Shown here: positions 1 to 9,745 of the stretch, one piece after another
How positions within the stretch are numbered: the first letter of the stretch is position 1
Layout: each line of letters begins with the position of its first letter
Assembly: GCA_036985995.1 (NCBI GenBank)
Contig: BTQS01000003.1
Coordinates: 1-38,069 of the forward strand
Origin: Acidimicrobiia bacterium
GTDB taxonomy: Bacteria; Actinomycetota; Acidimicrobiia; Spongiisociales; UBA5794
DNA length: 38,069 nt
Direction of reading: 5' to 3'
Made by a program: the position numbers and the translations under genes
The notes under the pieces: model-generated
Database searches by the model: none
Seen by the model: only the letters and a program-made list of their open reading frames with translations
What the model was told of the DNA's origin: nothing

Positions 1-1667
1 TTGATCTCGTTCTCCATCTTCATAGCTTCGAGAACGCAGACAGGCTCACCCGCCTCGACGGATTCGCCAGCCTTCTTGTGGATCTTGACGATCGTGCCCT
101 GCATTGGGGCCGTGACGATGCCTTCACCTGCCGACGAGCCAGCCTGTCTGGAGAGCTTCGGCGCCTTGCGCCTCGGAGCAATGCGTTTGCCAGACCCCGG
201 CGCCGTCATCACCTTCGCCCAGTACTTGACGGCGAACCGGCGTCCGCCGACCTCGACGGTGAGGTTGCGTTCCGCGAGCTCTTCATCCTCGGGGAGTGTC
301 GGTGCTGTTGATCGCCCGACGTCCGAGAAGTCGATCTCATTCTCAACGAGACGGGTGGACACCCTGCCTTCGAGAAAGTGCTCGTTTCCGAGGATCATCA
401 GATGGGCAGGGATGGTGGTGTCAACGCCACTGATGTCGTACTCGACCAGCGCCCGTGTCGCCCTTTGGATGACCTGGTCGCGGTCATGACCGGTGACGAT
501 GAGTTTTGCGATCATATTGTCGTAGTACTGACTGATCTCGGATCCCTGCACGACACCCGAGTCGACTCTGATGCCCGGACCTCCCGGCTCCCTGTATCGG
601 ACGAGTGTTCCCGGATTGGGGATGAAGCCTCGAGACGGGTCTTCAGCGTTGATCCTGAATTCGATCGCATGGCCGATCGGCTTGGGGGTGGTGGTGATGG
701 AGAGCTCCTCACCGTTCGCTACCCGGATCTGCTCAGCGACCAGATCGATGCCGAAAACCTCCTCGGTCACTGTGTGCTCGACCTGGATGCGCGTGTTCAT
801 CTCGAGGAAGTAGAACTCCCCGTCGGAGTACAGGAACTCGACAGTCCCGGCGGACTCGTACCTCGCTGCGTGTCCAAGAGCAAGCGCGAGTTCCCCCACG
901 TGTGATCGCTGATCCGCGGTGAGGCCCGGAGCGGGACACTCCTCAACGAGCTTCTGATGGCGGCGTTGAAGTGAGCAGTCTCGTTCACCGAGGAACACGC
1001 CGTTGCCGTGCGTGTCGAAGAGCACCTGGGCCTCGATGTGCCTAGCGTTCTCGAGATACTTCTCGACATACACGGCAGGATTTCCGAACCAGGCCTCTGC
1101 TTCTCTGCCTGCCGACTCGAAGGCGTCCGCCAGACCTTCGGCTTCTCTCACGACCTTGAGGCCACGGCCGCCACCACCTGCGGACGCCTTTATCGCGACA
1201 GGGAAGCCGTGATCCTCAGCGAAAGCGGCAACTTGGTCGACGGACGTGAGCGGCTCGTTGGTGCCCGGCACACCAGGGACATCTGCTGCCTCGGCCGCGA
1301 GCCGCGACTCGATCTTGTCGCCCATCATCGTGATCGCGCTGGGCGGTGGTCCGATCCAGATGTGACCAGCGTCGATGACAGCCTGAGCAAAGTCGGCGTT
1401 CTCAGCGAGGAAGCCGTATCCGGGGTGGATGGCCGCTGCATCGGCCTCATGGGCGACCTCCAGGATGCGAGCGATGTTGAGATATGAATCGGCTGCTGGT
1501 GCTGTGCCAACATTCCATGCTTCGTCGGCCATTGCGGTGTGAACGGCATCGCGGTCGAGTTCTGAATAGATCGCAATGGTCCGTATGCCGAGATCTCTCG
1601 CGGCGCGGATGACACGGACGGCGATCTCGCCCCGATTCGCGATGAGGATGGATTCCACGATGTGCAT
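1..1667 (-). CDS. bccA: Acetyl/propionyl-CoA carboxylase alpha subunit (biotin carboxylase + biotin carboxyl carrier domain), 3' end truncated by window edge
   Basis: Not in the ORF track because no stop lies in the window. Manual minus-strand reading from ATG 1667 (or GTG 1658) gives MHIVESILIANRGEIAVRVIRAARDLGIRT; the same frame ends ...VCVLEAMKMENEI, the biotinylation motif EAMKM, at the window edge. Confidence 0.93.
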   Translation of the reverse strand, partial: MHIVESILIANRGEIAVRVIRAARDLGIRTIAIYSELDRDAVHTAMADEAWNVGTAPAADSYLNIARILEVAHEADAAAIHPGYGFLAENADFAQAVIDAGHIWIGPPPSAITMMGDKIESRLAAEAADVPGVPGTNEPLTSVDQVAAFAEDHGFPVAIKASAGGGGRGLKVVREAEGLADAFESAGREAEAWFGNPAVYVEKYLENARHIEAQVLFDTHGNGVFLGERDCSLQRRHQKLVEECPAPGLTADQRSHVGELALALGHAARYESAGTVEFLYSDGEFYFLEMNTRIQVEHTVTEEVFGIDLVAEQIRVANGEELSITTTPKPIGHAIEFRINAEDPSRGFIPNPGTLVRYREPGGPGIRVDSGVVQGSEISQYYDNMIAKLIVTGHDRDQVIQRATRALVEYDISGVDTTIPAHLMILGNEHFLEGRVSTRLVENEIDFSDVGRSTAPTLPEDEELAERNLTVEVGGRRFAVKYWAKVMTAPGSGKRIAPRRKAPKLSRQAGSSAGEGIVTAPMQGTIVKIHKKAGESVEAGEPVCVLEAMKMENEI

Positions 1668-1688
1668 CCTAGGAGGGGTATGTACGTG

Positions 1689-1710
1689 AGGCCGAAATCT
1701 CTTTCGGCCT
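1689..1710. terminator. Perfect 9-bp hairpin AGGCCGAAA-tctc-TTTCGGCCT; possible terminator or processing stem
   Basis: Inverted repeat in the 160-bp spacer between the Kelch gene stop and the carboxylase start; no U-tract. Confidence 0.35.
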
Positions 1711-1827
1711 GCGTGGGTACGACCCGTAGGGGTGTCGCGGCGTTACGACCGGGGTCTTCCGCCGATCTTTGGACCAGAACTGTACGAAAAGCACGCCGCG
1801 AACCCTGGGTTCGGGAATGGGTCGAGG

Positions 1828-4143
1828 TCAGTCGTCGTGGAGGAGGACCGTGCCGGCGGAGGTCAGGTAGGCGACGAAGGTGTCGCCAGAGACCATCGTC
1901 GGTCCCGACGCGTTCGCCGGGGCGCCGTCGACGTAGCGCCAGGTGTCTGTTGCCGGGTTGTAGAAGGCGATTGTCGGTGTGTCACTTGAGTACCCGGCGG
2001 GGAGGAAGACCGCGAGCTCGTCACCATGTCGGACCGCTGCCATCCGGGTGGTGAAGTGGGTCTCAGGGGGTCGGGCCAGAGCGTCATCGAGTGTCCGAAC
2101 CGGCGCGATGGTGCGCCAGGTGTTGCTCTCTGGTGAGTAGGCGAGACCGGCGATCAGTGGGGCTTCCTCGGTCAGGAGCGGATCCCAGTTCTCGCCGATG
2201 ATGATGAATTCGCCGTCGACGAAGTCTCCGACCGATCCCGAAAGGGCGAACTCCTCGGGGATCGGCGGCAGCGGGCGCCACCGATCTGAGGTCGGGTCAT
2301 ACACGGTACCGGACTGGGACGCGGGGAACCCTCCATAGTTGCCCAGGACGTACATCTCTTCACCCGACCAGGCCATCACCTGAACACCAACCGCCACGCC
2401 AGCCGGTCCGGTGGCGACCGGGCGCCATGTATCGGTATCTGGGTTGTATGCGGCGCCGGTGTTCGAAGGTTCGATGCGTGAGCCGTAGAAGATCGCCTCA
2501 TCACCGGTCCAGACCGCGAACGGGGAACTGCCGAGTGCGGGAGACTGCTCCGCGGTTCTCCATTCGAGCGAGATCGGATTCCAAAGAGTCGTCGGCCCAC
2601 GCCACACAAGCATCTCATCACCGGTCCAGAGGGCGACCTGACCCGACCGACCCGGGGACGGTGCACCGGGAATCCGATGCATGATGTTCCTGTCGGGGTC
2701 GTACCCCCAGCCACCGAACTCCTCGACCTCGATGCCCTGACCCGAGAAGTAGAGGAGTTCGTTGCCGCTCCAGACCATCGTCGTTGAACCGAGCCGGGTC
2801 GCCGCGGGATTCGGCAGCAGCTCCCACTGCGAAGGTGTCGCCGGTTCCGAGTACTGCGAGGCCTCAACGTCAGACGAATCGATCTGCCAGAAGAATTGAC
2901 CGCTCGTGCTTGTGCTACCGGAGCACCAGAGGTAGAAGCTGGGCCAGGTCAGTGATCCCTCGACGCCACACGCGGCGGGTGGGTCACCGATCACGGCCTG
3001 TGGGCCGACGATCGAGAACCATCGGTCGGCCTCGGCATCCCAGATCGCGACCTCGCCGCACAGGACTGCTACGACGTCGTTGCGGTCCAACGCGGCCACC
3101 TCGGTATCGCTGATAGCGGTCGACTGTGGGCGGCAGTCGGATCGTGGGAGTGGCACATCTGGCAACGTTCGCCACCCGCGCTCTTTCGTCCACTCGGCGG
3201 CGTTGAGCCGAGCATCCCACGCAACAACGGCGGCGCCAGTCCAGGCGGCTGAGATGCGGTCGGCCTGTGGCAGCGGCGGGGGGTCGTATTCGGTCCACGT
3301 GCCTGTTCTTGGGTCGAAACCGGCGAATCGTCCGAGGCCGTCATTGGTCATGGGTTCGCCCTCTGCATCTACCAACGCACCGATGAGCAGCATCTCCTGT
3401 CCGGTCCAGAAGGCGTCGGCGTACGACAGGCTGAACGGCGGCTCCGGCAGCACGTCGCAGCATCCGAGATCCGGTCCGTACGACGCTACGAACAGGTTGT
3501 CGTCGAACACGGGCGGATGTGTCCTGTACCCGACGAGGATGACCCGGTTGTCTGCCCACACACCGGCAATAGGCCCGCCGCCCCCCGGTGAGCCCGTCGG
3601 CGGGTAGGCGAGCGTGCGCCAGGTGTTGGTGTTGGGATTCCACGCGGCGGCTGCTCCCGAGTAGGCGAAGAGTTCCCTCCCGGTCCACACGAGAACCGGG
3701 TCAACGCCCGCAACGATCGGGCTTTGCTCCATCTCTTGCCAACCATCGGATCGATACGGCGCACCCTGCCGCTGAACCTCGTTGCCAAGGAAGTCGACGC
3801 CTCCCCACACGACGAAGCGATCATCCGTCCAGACGGTGGCGAAGCCCGTCCGCGGCCTGAGGTCTCCGCCGCTGAGGGAGCGCCACCCCGGTGCTTGCAG
3901 GAAGGCTTGCAGAGTGGCACCTCGTGATTTCGGTGTTGTTTCGCCGACGGGTGTCGTCGTGGACGTCGAGGTTGGCGCGGTCACCGAGGTCACCGTGGTA
4001 CCGCTCGTGAAGTCGAGCGTCGTGGGCGTCGTACTCCGATCGGGAGCGTTCGCCCGTGCGATCACCACCATGACAACCAACACGAAACCAACCAGAAGAG
4101 GCGCCAGCACCTTGCCGCTCATCGGATCAGCGTCGTTCTTCAC
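1828..4143 (-). CDS. Secreted/membrane-anchored Kelch-like repeat protein (about 12 blades, probably two beta-propellers)
   Basis: N-terminal hydrophobic segment, Thr/Ser-rich linker, then repeated xxWTGxExxxxG...YDPxTDTWRxL units. Confidence 0.85.
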   Translation of the reverse strand: MKNDADPMSGKVLAPLLVGFVLVVMVVIARANAPDRSTTPTTLDFTSGTTVTSVTAPTSTSTTTPVGETTPKSRGATLQAFLQAPGWRSLSGGDLRPRTGFATVWTDDRFVVWGGVDFLGNEVQRQGAPYRSDGWQEMEQSPIVAGVDPVLVWTGRELFAYSGAAAAWNPNTNTWRTLAYPPTGSPGGGGPIAGVWADNRVILVGYRTHPPVFDDNLFVASYGPDLGCCDVLPEPPFSLSYADAFWTGQEMLLIGALVDAEGEPMTNDGLGRFAGFDPRTGTWTEYDPPPLPQADRISAAWTGAAVVAWDARLNAAEWTKERGWRTLPDVPLPRSDCRPQSTAISDTEVAALDRNDVVAVLCGEVAIWDAEADRWFSIVGPQAVIGDPPAACGVEGSLTWPSFYLWCSGSTSTSGQFFWQIDSSDVEASQYSEPATPSQWELLPNPAATRLGSTTMVWSGNELLYFSGQGIEVEEFGGWGYDPDRNIMHRIPGAPSPGRSGQVALWTGDEMLVWRGPTTLWNPISLEWRTAEQSPALGSSPFAVWTGDEAIFYGSRIEPSNTGAAYNPDTDTWRPVATGPAGVAVGVQVMAWSGEEMYVLGNYGGFPASQSGTVYDPTSDRWRPLPPIPEEFALSGSVGDFVDGEFIIIGENWDPLLTEEAPLIAGLAYSPESNTWRTIAPVRTLDDALARPPETHFTTRMAAVRHGDELAVFLPAGYSSDTPTIAFYNPATDTWRYVDGAPANASGPTMVSGDTFVAYLTSAGTVLLHDD

Positions 4144-4170
4144 ACATCGACCCTACTTGAGCGACTGCCG

Positions 4171-4198
4171 ACCTGAAACCTGAAACCTGATACCTGAT
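4171..4198. repeat. Heptamer tandem repeat (ACCTGAW)x4
   Basis: acctgaa acctgaa acctgat acctgat read directly; it abuts the pccB stop codon. Confidence 0.85.
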
Positions 4199-5748
4199 TA
4201 CAACGGGATATTCCCGTGCTTCTTGGTCGGCAACGTCTCGCGTTTGTCACGCAGCATGTTGAGCGCCCGGATGAGCCGTGGGCGTGTCTCGCGTGGTTCG
4301 ATGACATCGTCGACAAGGCCGTTCTCTGCAGCGATGTATGGGTTGTTGAACTTCTCTTCGTAGTCGGCAACGAGTTCGGCCCTCGCGACTTCGGCATCGT
4401 CTGCGGCTGCGAGCTCCCTGCGGTGGATCACGTTGACCGCTCCCTGGGCGCCCATCACTGCGATCTGGGCTGTCGGCCATGCGAAGACAACGTCCGCCCG
4501 GACAGCTCGTGAGTTCATGACGAGGAACGCGCCCCCGTACGCCTTGCGCATGATGACCGTGATGCGGGGAACCGTCGCTTCTGAGAACGCGTAGAGCAGC
4601 TTCGCCCCGTGTCTGATGATGCCGTCGTGCTCCTGGTCGACGCCGGGGAGGAAGCCTGGCACGTCAACAAGCGTGACGAGTGGGATATTGAACGCATCGC
4701 AGAAGCGCACGAACCGTGCGGCCTTTGTGGAAGCTTCGATGTCGAGCGTGCCGGCCAGGACAGCGGGCTGGTTCGCCACGATCCCAACGGTGTACCCGTC
4801 GAGGCGTGCGAGGCCGACCACGATGTTGCCTGCCCAATGCGCATGGACCTCGTAGAACTCGCCGTCATCGACGATGCTCTCGATTACCTCGATGACGTCG
4901 TACGGTTGGTTCGGCGAATCAGGGATGACGGTTGTGAGCGCCTCGTCCATGCGGTCCGAGGCGTCCATCGGGGTGAAGAACGGAGGGACCTCCATGTTGT
5001 TCTTGGGGAGGAACGACAGCAGGTACCTGATCTCGTCAAGTGCCTCGCGGTCATCCTCGGCAACGAAGTGTGTTACGCCGGACTTCGAGGAATGGGCGTG
5101 CGCACCACCGAGATCGTCCATCGTGACCTCCTCACCGGTGACGGTCCTGATGACGTCTGGGCCGGTGATGAACAGGTGAGACGTGCCCTCGACCTGATAG
5201 ATGAAATCGGTGAGCACGGGCGAGTACACGGCTCCGCCTGCGCATGGTCCCATGATCGCCGAGATCTGGGGTATCACCCCTGAAGCCCGGACGTTGCGTT
5301 CGAAGATCCGGCCGTATCCATGGAGCGCGACCACTCCCTCCTGAATGCGAGCGCCACCCGAGTCCTTGAGTCCGATGATCGGTGTTCCCGTGTCCATGGC
5401 AAGATCCATCACCTTGCAGATCTTGTCCGCGACTGCCTCGCCAAGGGATCCGCCGAATCGGGTGAAATCTTCCGCGAAAACGAAGACGTTGCGGCCATCA
5501 ACGGTGCCCCAACCGGTCACAACGGCGTCACCGAACGGGCGTTTGTCCTCGATCCCGAAACCAGTGGCGCGATGCTGAACAAATGGATCGATCTCCTGGA
5601 ACGAGCCCTTGTCGAGAAGCAGTTCGATCCGTTCCCTGGCGGTGAGTTTTCCCGCGTCGTGCTGGCGCTCGATGGCGCGCTGGTTGTCGGGAGCGAGAGA
5701 TCGCTCTCGCAGGTCGCGGAGCTTCTCGATGCTTTCTTCTGTGCTCAC
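4198..5748 (-). CDS. pccB: Propionyl/acyl-CoA carboxylase beta (carboxyltransferase) subunit
   Basis: [46 protein letters not shown] motifs and C-terminal KKHGNIPL. Confidence 0.95.
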   Translation of the reverse strand: MSTEESIEKLRDLRERSLAPDNQRAIERQHDAGKLTARERIELLLDKGSFQEIDPFVQHRATGFGIEDKRPFGDAVVTGWGTVDGRNVFVFAEDFTRFGGSLGEAVADKICKVMDLAMDTGTPIIGLKDSGGARIQEGVVALHGYGRIFERNVRASGVIPQISAIMGPCAGGAVYSPVLTDFIYQVEGTSHLFITGPDVIRTVTGEEVTMDDLGGAHAHSSKSGVTHFVAEDDREALDEIRYLLSFLPKNNMEVPPFFTPMDASDRMDEALTTVIPDSPNQPYDVIEVIESIVDDGEFYEVHAHWAGNIVVGLARLDGYTVGIVANQPAVLAGTLDIEASTKAARFVRFCDAFNIPLVTLVDVPGFLPGVDQEHDGIIRHGAKLLYAFSEATVPRITVIMRKAYGGAFLVMNSRAVRADVVFAWPTAQIAVMGAQGAVNVIHRRELAAADDAEVARAELVADYEEKFNNPYIAAENGLVDDVIEPRETRPRLIRALNMLRDKRETLPTKKHGNIPL

Positions 5749-5807
5749 CGGTCCTCCCGGTAGGCTCGCCAGTGATCAGGTGATAGTTCGACTCGTAAGG
5801 GCTTGAT

Positions 5808-6539
5808 TTGGCTACACAATACGACATCGTGCGCCTCGACCGCATTGATAGCACACAAGACGAGGCAAGGCGTCGGCTCAATGAGACCGGAGATGCGATT
5901 CTCGTCGTCGCGGCTACCCAAATGATGGGCCGTGGCAGGCAGGGGAGAGAGTGGGCTCAGCCTGACCGAGGAATGTACGCCTCCTACTGCTTCTTGTCCG
6001 ACTGGGCCATGCGGGACCGAACATTGATTCCTCTTGTCGCTGCTGTGGCTATGCGTGACGCTGTGTGTGAATCATTCGGCGTCGCGTTGGGACTTCGTTG
6101 GCCAAACGATCTCATGGTCGACGGCGACAAGGTTGGCGGGATCCTCGTTGAGACAAGTAGGGATGTGGTCGTGGTCGGATGCGGTGTCAACCTCTGGTGG
6201 GAGAAGCCGATGGATGGAGCGGCGTCGCTCCTGGCAGGTGACCCCGGAAGCGATCCACCACCGGCGCTTGCCGAGACATGGACCGAGCGATTGATCACAC
6301 ACCTCGACCGGGGGCGTGATCAATGGCCTCGCGCAGAATACGAATCGGCATCTGTGACACTCGGTCGAGACGTCTTTTGGGACACCGGACACGGTCGTGC
6401 CACCGCTATTGGTCGTGACGGTGAGCTCATCGTTGACCGCGACGGGGAACTGACCTGTCTGCGAGCGGGTGAGGTGCACACCCGTGATAGCCTGACCCGA
6501 AGAGCGAGGAGAGCAACGCGTGGCCGTACAGACGGGTGA
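5808..6539 (+). CDS. birA: Biotin--[acetyl-CoA-carboxylase] ligase, no N-terminal HTH (group I)
   Basis: DSTQ, GRGRQGREW, RWPNDL, KVGGILVE, GCGVNL motifs; divergent from pccB. Confidence 0.92.
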   Translation: MATQYDIVRLDRIDSTQDEARRRLNETGDAILVVAATQMMGRGRQGREWAQPDRGMYASYCFLSDWAMRDRTLIPLVAAVAMRDAVCESFGVALGLRWPNDLMVDGDKVGGILVETSRDVVVVGCGVNLWWEKPMDGAASLLAGDPGSDPPPALAETWTERLITHLDRGRDQWPRAEYESASVTLGRDVFWDTGHGRATAIGRDGELIVDRDGELTCLRAGEVHTRDSLTRRARRATRGRTDG

Positions 6540-7191
6540 GGGGACCATCGAGATCATCTACGGGTCGACCAGCATTCCCGCGGGTCCCCAGACCCTCAGC
6601 GGGTACCTCGCAAGACCGGACGGTGAGGGCGAATGGCCGACTGTTCTCGTTTTCGGGCCTCGACCTGTGCCGCAGTCATCGGTCAAGAATATCTGTCGGG
6701 TGTTTGCCCGGCATGGCATTTCTGCCCTTGCCCCCGATGTGACCGACAGTCACGAATCGAACGCTCTCACGGCGACGCGTGTCGCGAGATTCATTTCTGA
6801 TCCTACCGGTGAATGGTCGAACGCACAGTTCGGATTCGGGGTACTCGCATTCGGACAGGGGATCTTCGATGCGTCGCGCCTTGCTTATGGAGATGGCAGG
6901 GTCGTGGCGATCGCATCTGTAGGGTCGAGACTCGATGAAGACGTCGTCGACGAACTGTCCACGGCTCAGATCCCCGCGCTGTGGATCGGGTCCCGCGCAG
7001 ACGAATCCGTCGATGTTGACGCATCCATTGCTGCCAAGGAAGTCTTACCTCAGACCACCTATGTGGTCCACACGGATGTAGGTGAGGGGTTCTGGGACGA
7101 CGGAGCCGACGGATTCGACGAGGCTATAGCCACTGACACTCTGGACCGCCTCATAGGGTTCTTCGGGGCAGAGCTTCCCCCGAGGGTGTGA
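6520..7191 (+). CDS. Dienelactone hydrolase-like alpha/beta hydrolase, catalytic residues apparently lost
   Basis: GYLARPDGEGEWPTVLV, ALAPD and overall DLH layout; GxCxGG appears as AFGQG and HGF as EGF. Confidence 0.7.
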   Translation: MAVQTGEGTIEIIYGSTSIPAGPQTLSGYLARPDGEGEWPTVLVFGPRPVPQSSVKNICRVFARHGISALAPDVTDSHESNALTATRVARFISDPTGEWSNAQFGFGVLAFGQGIFDASRLAYGDGRVVAIASVGSRLDEDVVDELSTAQIPALWIGSRADESVDVDASIAAKEVLPQTTYVVHTDVGEGFWDDGADGFDEAIATDTLDRLIGFFGAELPPRV

Positions 7192-7192
7192 A

Positions 7193-8134
7193 ATGGCCAG
7201 GTCTGTAGTTTCCGGGGGAGCGGGGTTCATAGGCTCGAATCTTGTCGATCGTCTCGTTGATGATGGCCACGAGGTCTTCGTAGTCGACGATCTGAGTTCG
7301 GGTTCGCTTGCGAACCTGAGAGACGCAAGACAGCGGGGGTCTGTGGTCGTGCACCAGATAGATGTGTCGTCCCCTGAGGTTGTGGACCTTGTCCGGTCGT
7401 TCCGACCGGACAACATCTTTCACCTTGCCGCTCAGATCGACGTCAGGCAATCTGTCGCCGATCCCGTGCATGATGCGAAGATCAACATTCTTGGAACGAT
7501 CAACATGCTCGAGGCCGCGAGACACGGCAACGCGGAGCGCTTCGTATTCGCAAGCTCAGGGGGCGCAACATTCGGCGATACGTTCAACATCCCGACCCCA
7601 GAGTCTCAGAATCGCGTGCCCGGGTCACCGTACGGGGTTTCAAAGTACGTCGTCGAGGAATATTTCCGGTTCTACAACGACACCTACGACCTCGAATATC
7701 TATCGCTTGGGTTCTCGAACGTGTACGGACCCAGACAAGACCCTCACGGCGAGGCGGGTGTTGTCGCAATATTCATCGGGGACCTCATCGCAGGCCGGAC
7801 ACCGACGATCTACGGTGATGGCACCCAAACCCGCGACTTCGTGTACGTTGAAGATGTTGCCGATGCGCTGGTTCGTGCGGCGCGCATCGGTGGTTCTCGC
7901 TATCTCAACATCGGAACAGGCATCGAGACGTCCGTGGCACGGCTGTATGAGTACATCGTGGAAGCAACAGGCGCTGACATCGCCCCCATCATGGCCGCTG
8001 CCAGGCGTGGAGAGCAGCTGAGATCGTGCCTCGATGCGCATGCGGCACAGGAACATCTCGGCTGGGAGGCCTGGACGGCGCTACCCCAGGGCATCGAGGA
8101 AACAGTTGCGTGGTTCAGAGGGACCGAGTCCTGA
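7193..8134 (+). CDS. NAD-dependent epimerase/dehydratase (UDP-glucose 4-epimerase-like)
   Basis: GGAGFIGS, HLAAQIDVR, YGVSK (YxxxK), NVYGPRQDPHGEAGVV, GDGTQTRDFVYV. Confidence 0.92.
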   Translation: MARSVVSGGAGFIGSNLVDRLVDDGHEVFVVDDLSSGSLANLRDARQRGSVVVHQIDVSSPEVVDLVRSFRPDNIFHLAAQIDVRQSVADPVHDAKINILGTINMLEAARHGNAERFVFASSGGATFGDTFNIPTPESQNRVPGSPYGVSKYVVEEYFRFYNDTYDLEYLSLGFSNVYGPRQDPHGEAGVVAIFIGDLIAGRTPTIYGDGTQTRDFVYVEDVADALVRAARIGGSRYLNIGTGIETSVARLYEYIVEATGADIAPIMAAARRGEQLRSCLDAHAAQEHLGWEAWTALPQGIEETVAWFRGTES

Positions 8135-8168
8135 CAATCCGCCTCGTGGGTGGAGAAAGGACTGTCTG

Positions 8169-9047
8169 TCACAGCTCGTCGAGCGTCTTCGGCCAATCGT
8201 CTTTTAGCAGCCTGCTGAGCGATCGGTCCGCGAGAATGCGTCCGTTGGTCTGGCATCCGGGGCAGTAGTTGGTTTCCCTTCCGCCGGCCACGATCTTCTG
8301 GATAGGGGCTCCACACACGGGGCAATCCTCGCCGAATTTGCCGTGCACGGCCATATCGGGATGGAACGCGGTCACCTTGGTCGGAAATCCGGCCCCTGTT
8401 TCAGAAATGCGCTTATCCGTCCAGTCCGAAAGTACCGCCTTGGTCGACTCGAAGAGCTCACTCACCTGAGCCTCAGAGAGGTTCGTATTCATCTGGGTGG
8501 GAGAGAGATGCGCCCGAAAGAGAATCTCATCGGCAAATGCGCCACCCACTCCCGACAGGTATCTCGCATCGGTTAACGCTCTCTTCAAGGTATGCCGATT
8601 GGTACGCAGTGCTGCGCCGAATTCATCGAGTGATGCATCGGCTATCTCGATTCCTCCCGGGTCCACCGAATCCAGGACTTCGCTGTCCAGAATCGACATC
8701 GAAGCCCTGCGTTTCGTCCCTGCCTCGGTGAGGAGCAGGGAGCCGGTGGAGAAGTCGATGGCAGCCAATCCACCTCGTTTTGGGATCGACTTTGGCTCAT
8801 CGGACCACTTGAAACGTCCAGCGACCATCAGATGGATCACGCAATGGAGAGCTCCCGACAGGTCGATCGAGATCCGCTTGCCGATCCTGTGGACGCCTTC
8901 TACCTCCTGTCCGATGAGCGCATCCGTCGGCGGGTCGTATGTCTTGAGAAGCGAGAAACTGGATACCCGCACATCCTCGACTGTCGACCCGATTATCCGC
9001 GGACGGAGGGCATGGAGATATGCCTCTATCTCGGGGAGCTCCGGCAT
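8169..9047 (-). CDS. Fpg/Nei family DNA glycosylase/AP lyase
   Basis: N-terminal PELPE, HLMVAG, H2TH region (GVGGAFADEIL), zinc finger CPVC...CPGC; start overlaps the cofE stop. Confidence 0.92.
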   Translation of the reverse strand: MPELPEIEAYLHALRPRIIGSTVEDVRVSSFSLLKTYDPPTDALIGQEVEGVHRIGKRISIDLSGALHCVIHLMVAGRFKWSDEPKSIPKRGGLAAIDFSTGSLLLTEAGTKRRASMSILDSEVLDSVDPGGIEIADASLDEFGAALRTNRHTLKRALTDARYLSGVGGAFADEILFRAHLSPTQMNTNLSEAQVSELFESTKAVLSDWTDKRISETGAGFPTKVTAFHPDMAVHGKFGEDCPVCGAPIQKIVAGGRETNYCPGCQTNGRILADRSLSRLLKDDWPKTLDEL

Positions 9048-9745
9048 CAGCGGAATAGATCTTCGTCGGCAGGACGTACGAGATCGGTCGCTTTTCCGGT
9101 GCCTACGAGTCGGAGGCCGCGCACGACTGCAACGGGGATCTGGGTCGCCTTCCCCATGACAAGATCTGCGGCAGCGGCGATCTCGTCCACCACGGCGACT
9201 TCCGTGACGTTGAGCTCGTTCCCGTGGGCATCGGTTGTTCCGCGGAGGTCGACGATCGATGGCAGGCCGGAAATGCCGATCGCAACATCCACGAGACCGC
9301 GGCGCCAGGGTCTTCCGAAGGTGTCGGTGATCACGACGCCAACCGATGTTTCCGTGGCACGTTCTATGAGAGTCCGGAGCCGGTGAGCGCTTCTGTCCGG
9401 ATCAACTGGAAGCAGCAAGGCAAATCCATCAGCGACGTTCGATCTGTCGACGGCTGCGTTCGCACAGATGAACCCGTGTTTGGTTTTGGCGATGATCAGG
9501 TCGCCCCTCCGTCGGATCACGTCGACTGCCTCGTCGACGACCAGCGAGTGGTAGGTCGCCTCATCGGGGATCTCGACGATACGGCCTTCTTGTTTCGAGA
9601 CCACCTTGTGCGTGACGACAACGATGTCTCTCTCCTCGAGTGCCCAGCCATCTGCTTTGATCGCATCGACGATCATGCCGGCGAGGTCATCTCCCGGTTG
9701 AATCTCGCCAATCCCGGGTACCGGTCTGATTTCAAGATGCCTCAT
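9047..9745 (-). CDS. cofE: Coenzyme F420-0:L-glutamate ligase
   Basis: PGDDL, KVVSKQEGR, CANAAVDRSN, TDTFGRPWRRG, DEIAAAADLVMGK. Confidence 0.93.
   Translation of the reverse strand: MRHLEIRPVPGIGEIQPGDDLAGMIVDAIKADGWALEERDIVVVTHKVVSKQEGRIVEIPDEATYHSLVVDEAVDVIRRRGDLIIAKTKHGFICANAAVDRSNVADGFALLLPVDPDRSAHRLRTLIERATETSVGVVITDTFGRPWRRGLVDVAIGISGLPSIVDLRGTTDAHGNELNVTEVAVVDEIAAAADLVMGKATQIPVAVVRGLRLVGTGKATDLVRPADEDLFR

Noticed and set aside
1-1487. Several plus-strand ORFs in the track (1..489, 378..905, 1008..1487)
   Set aside because: All are antisense to the biotin carboxylase gene, which the track missed because it has no stop in the window
4171-4198. Possible CRISPR or iteron array
   Set aside because: Contiguous 7-bp units with no spacers, and no cas or rep gene in the window
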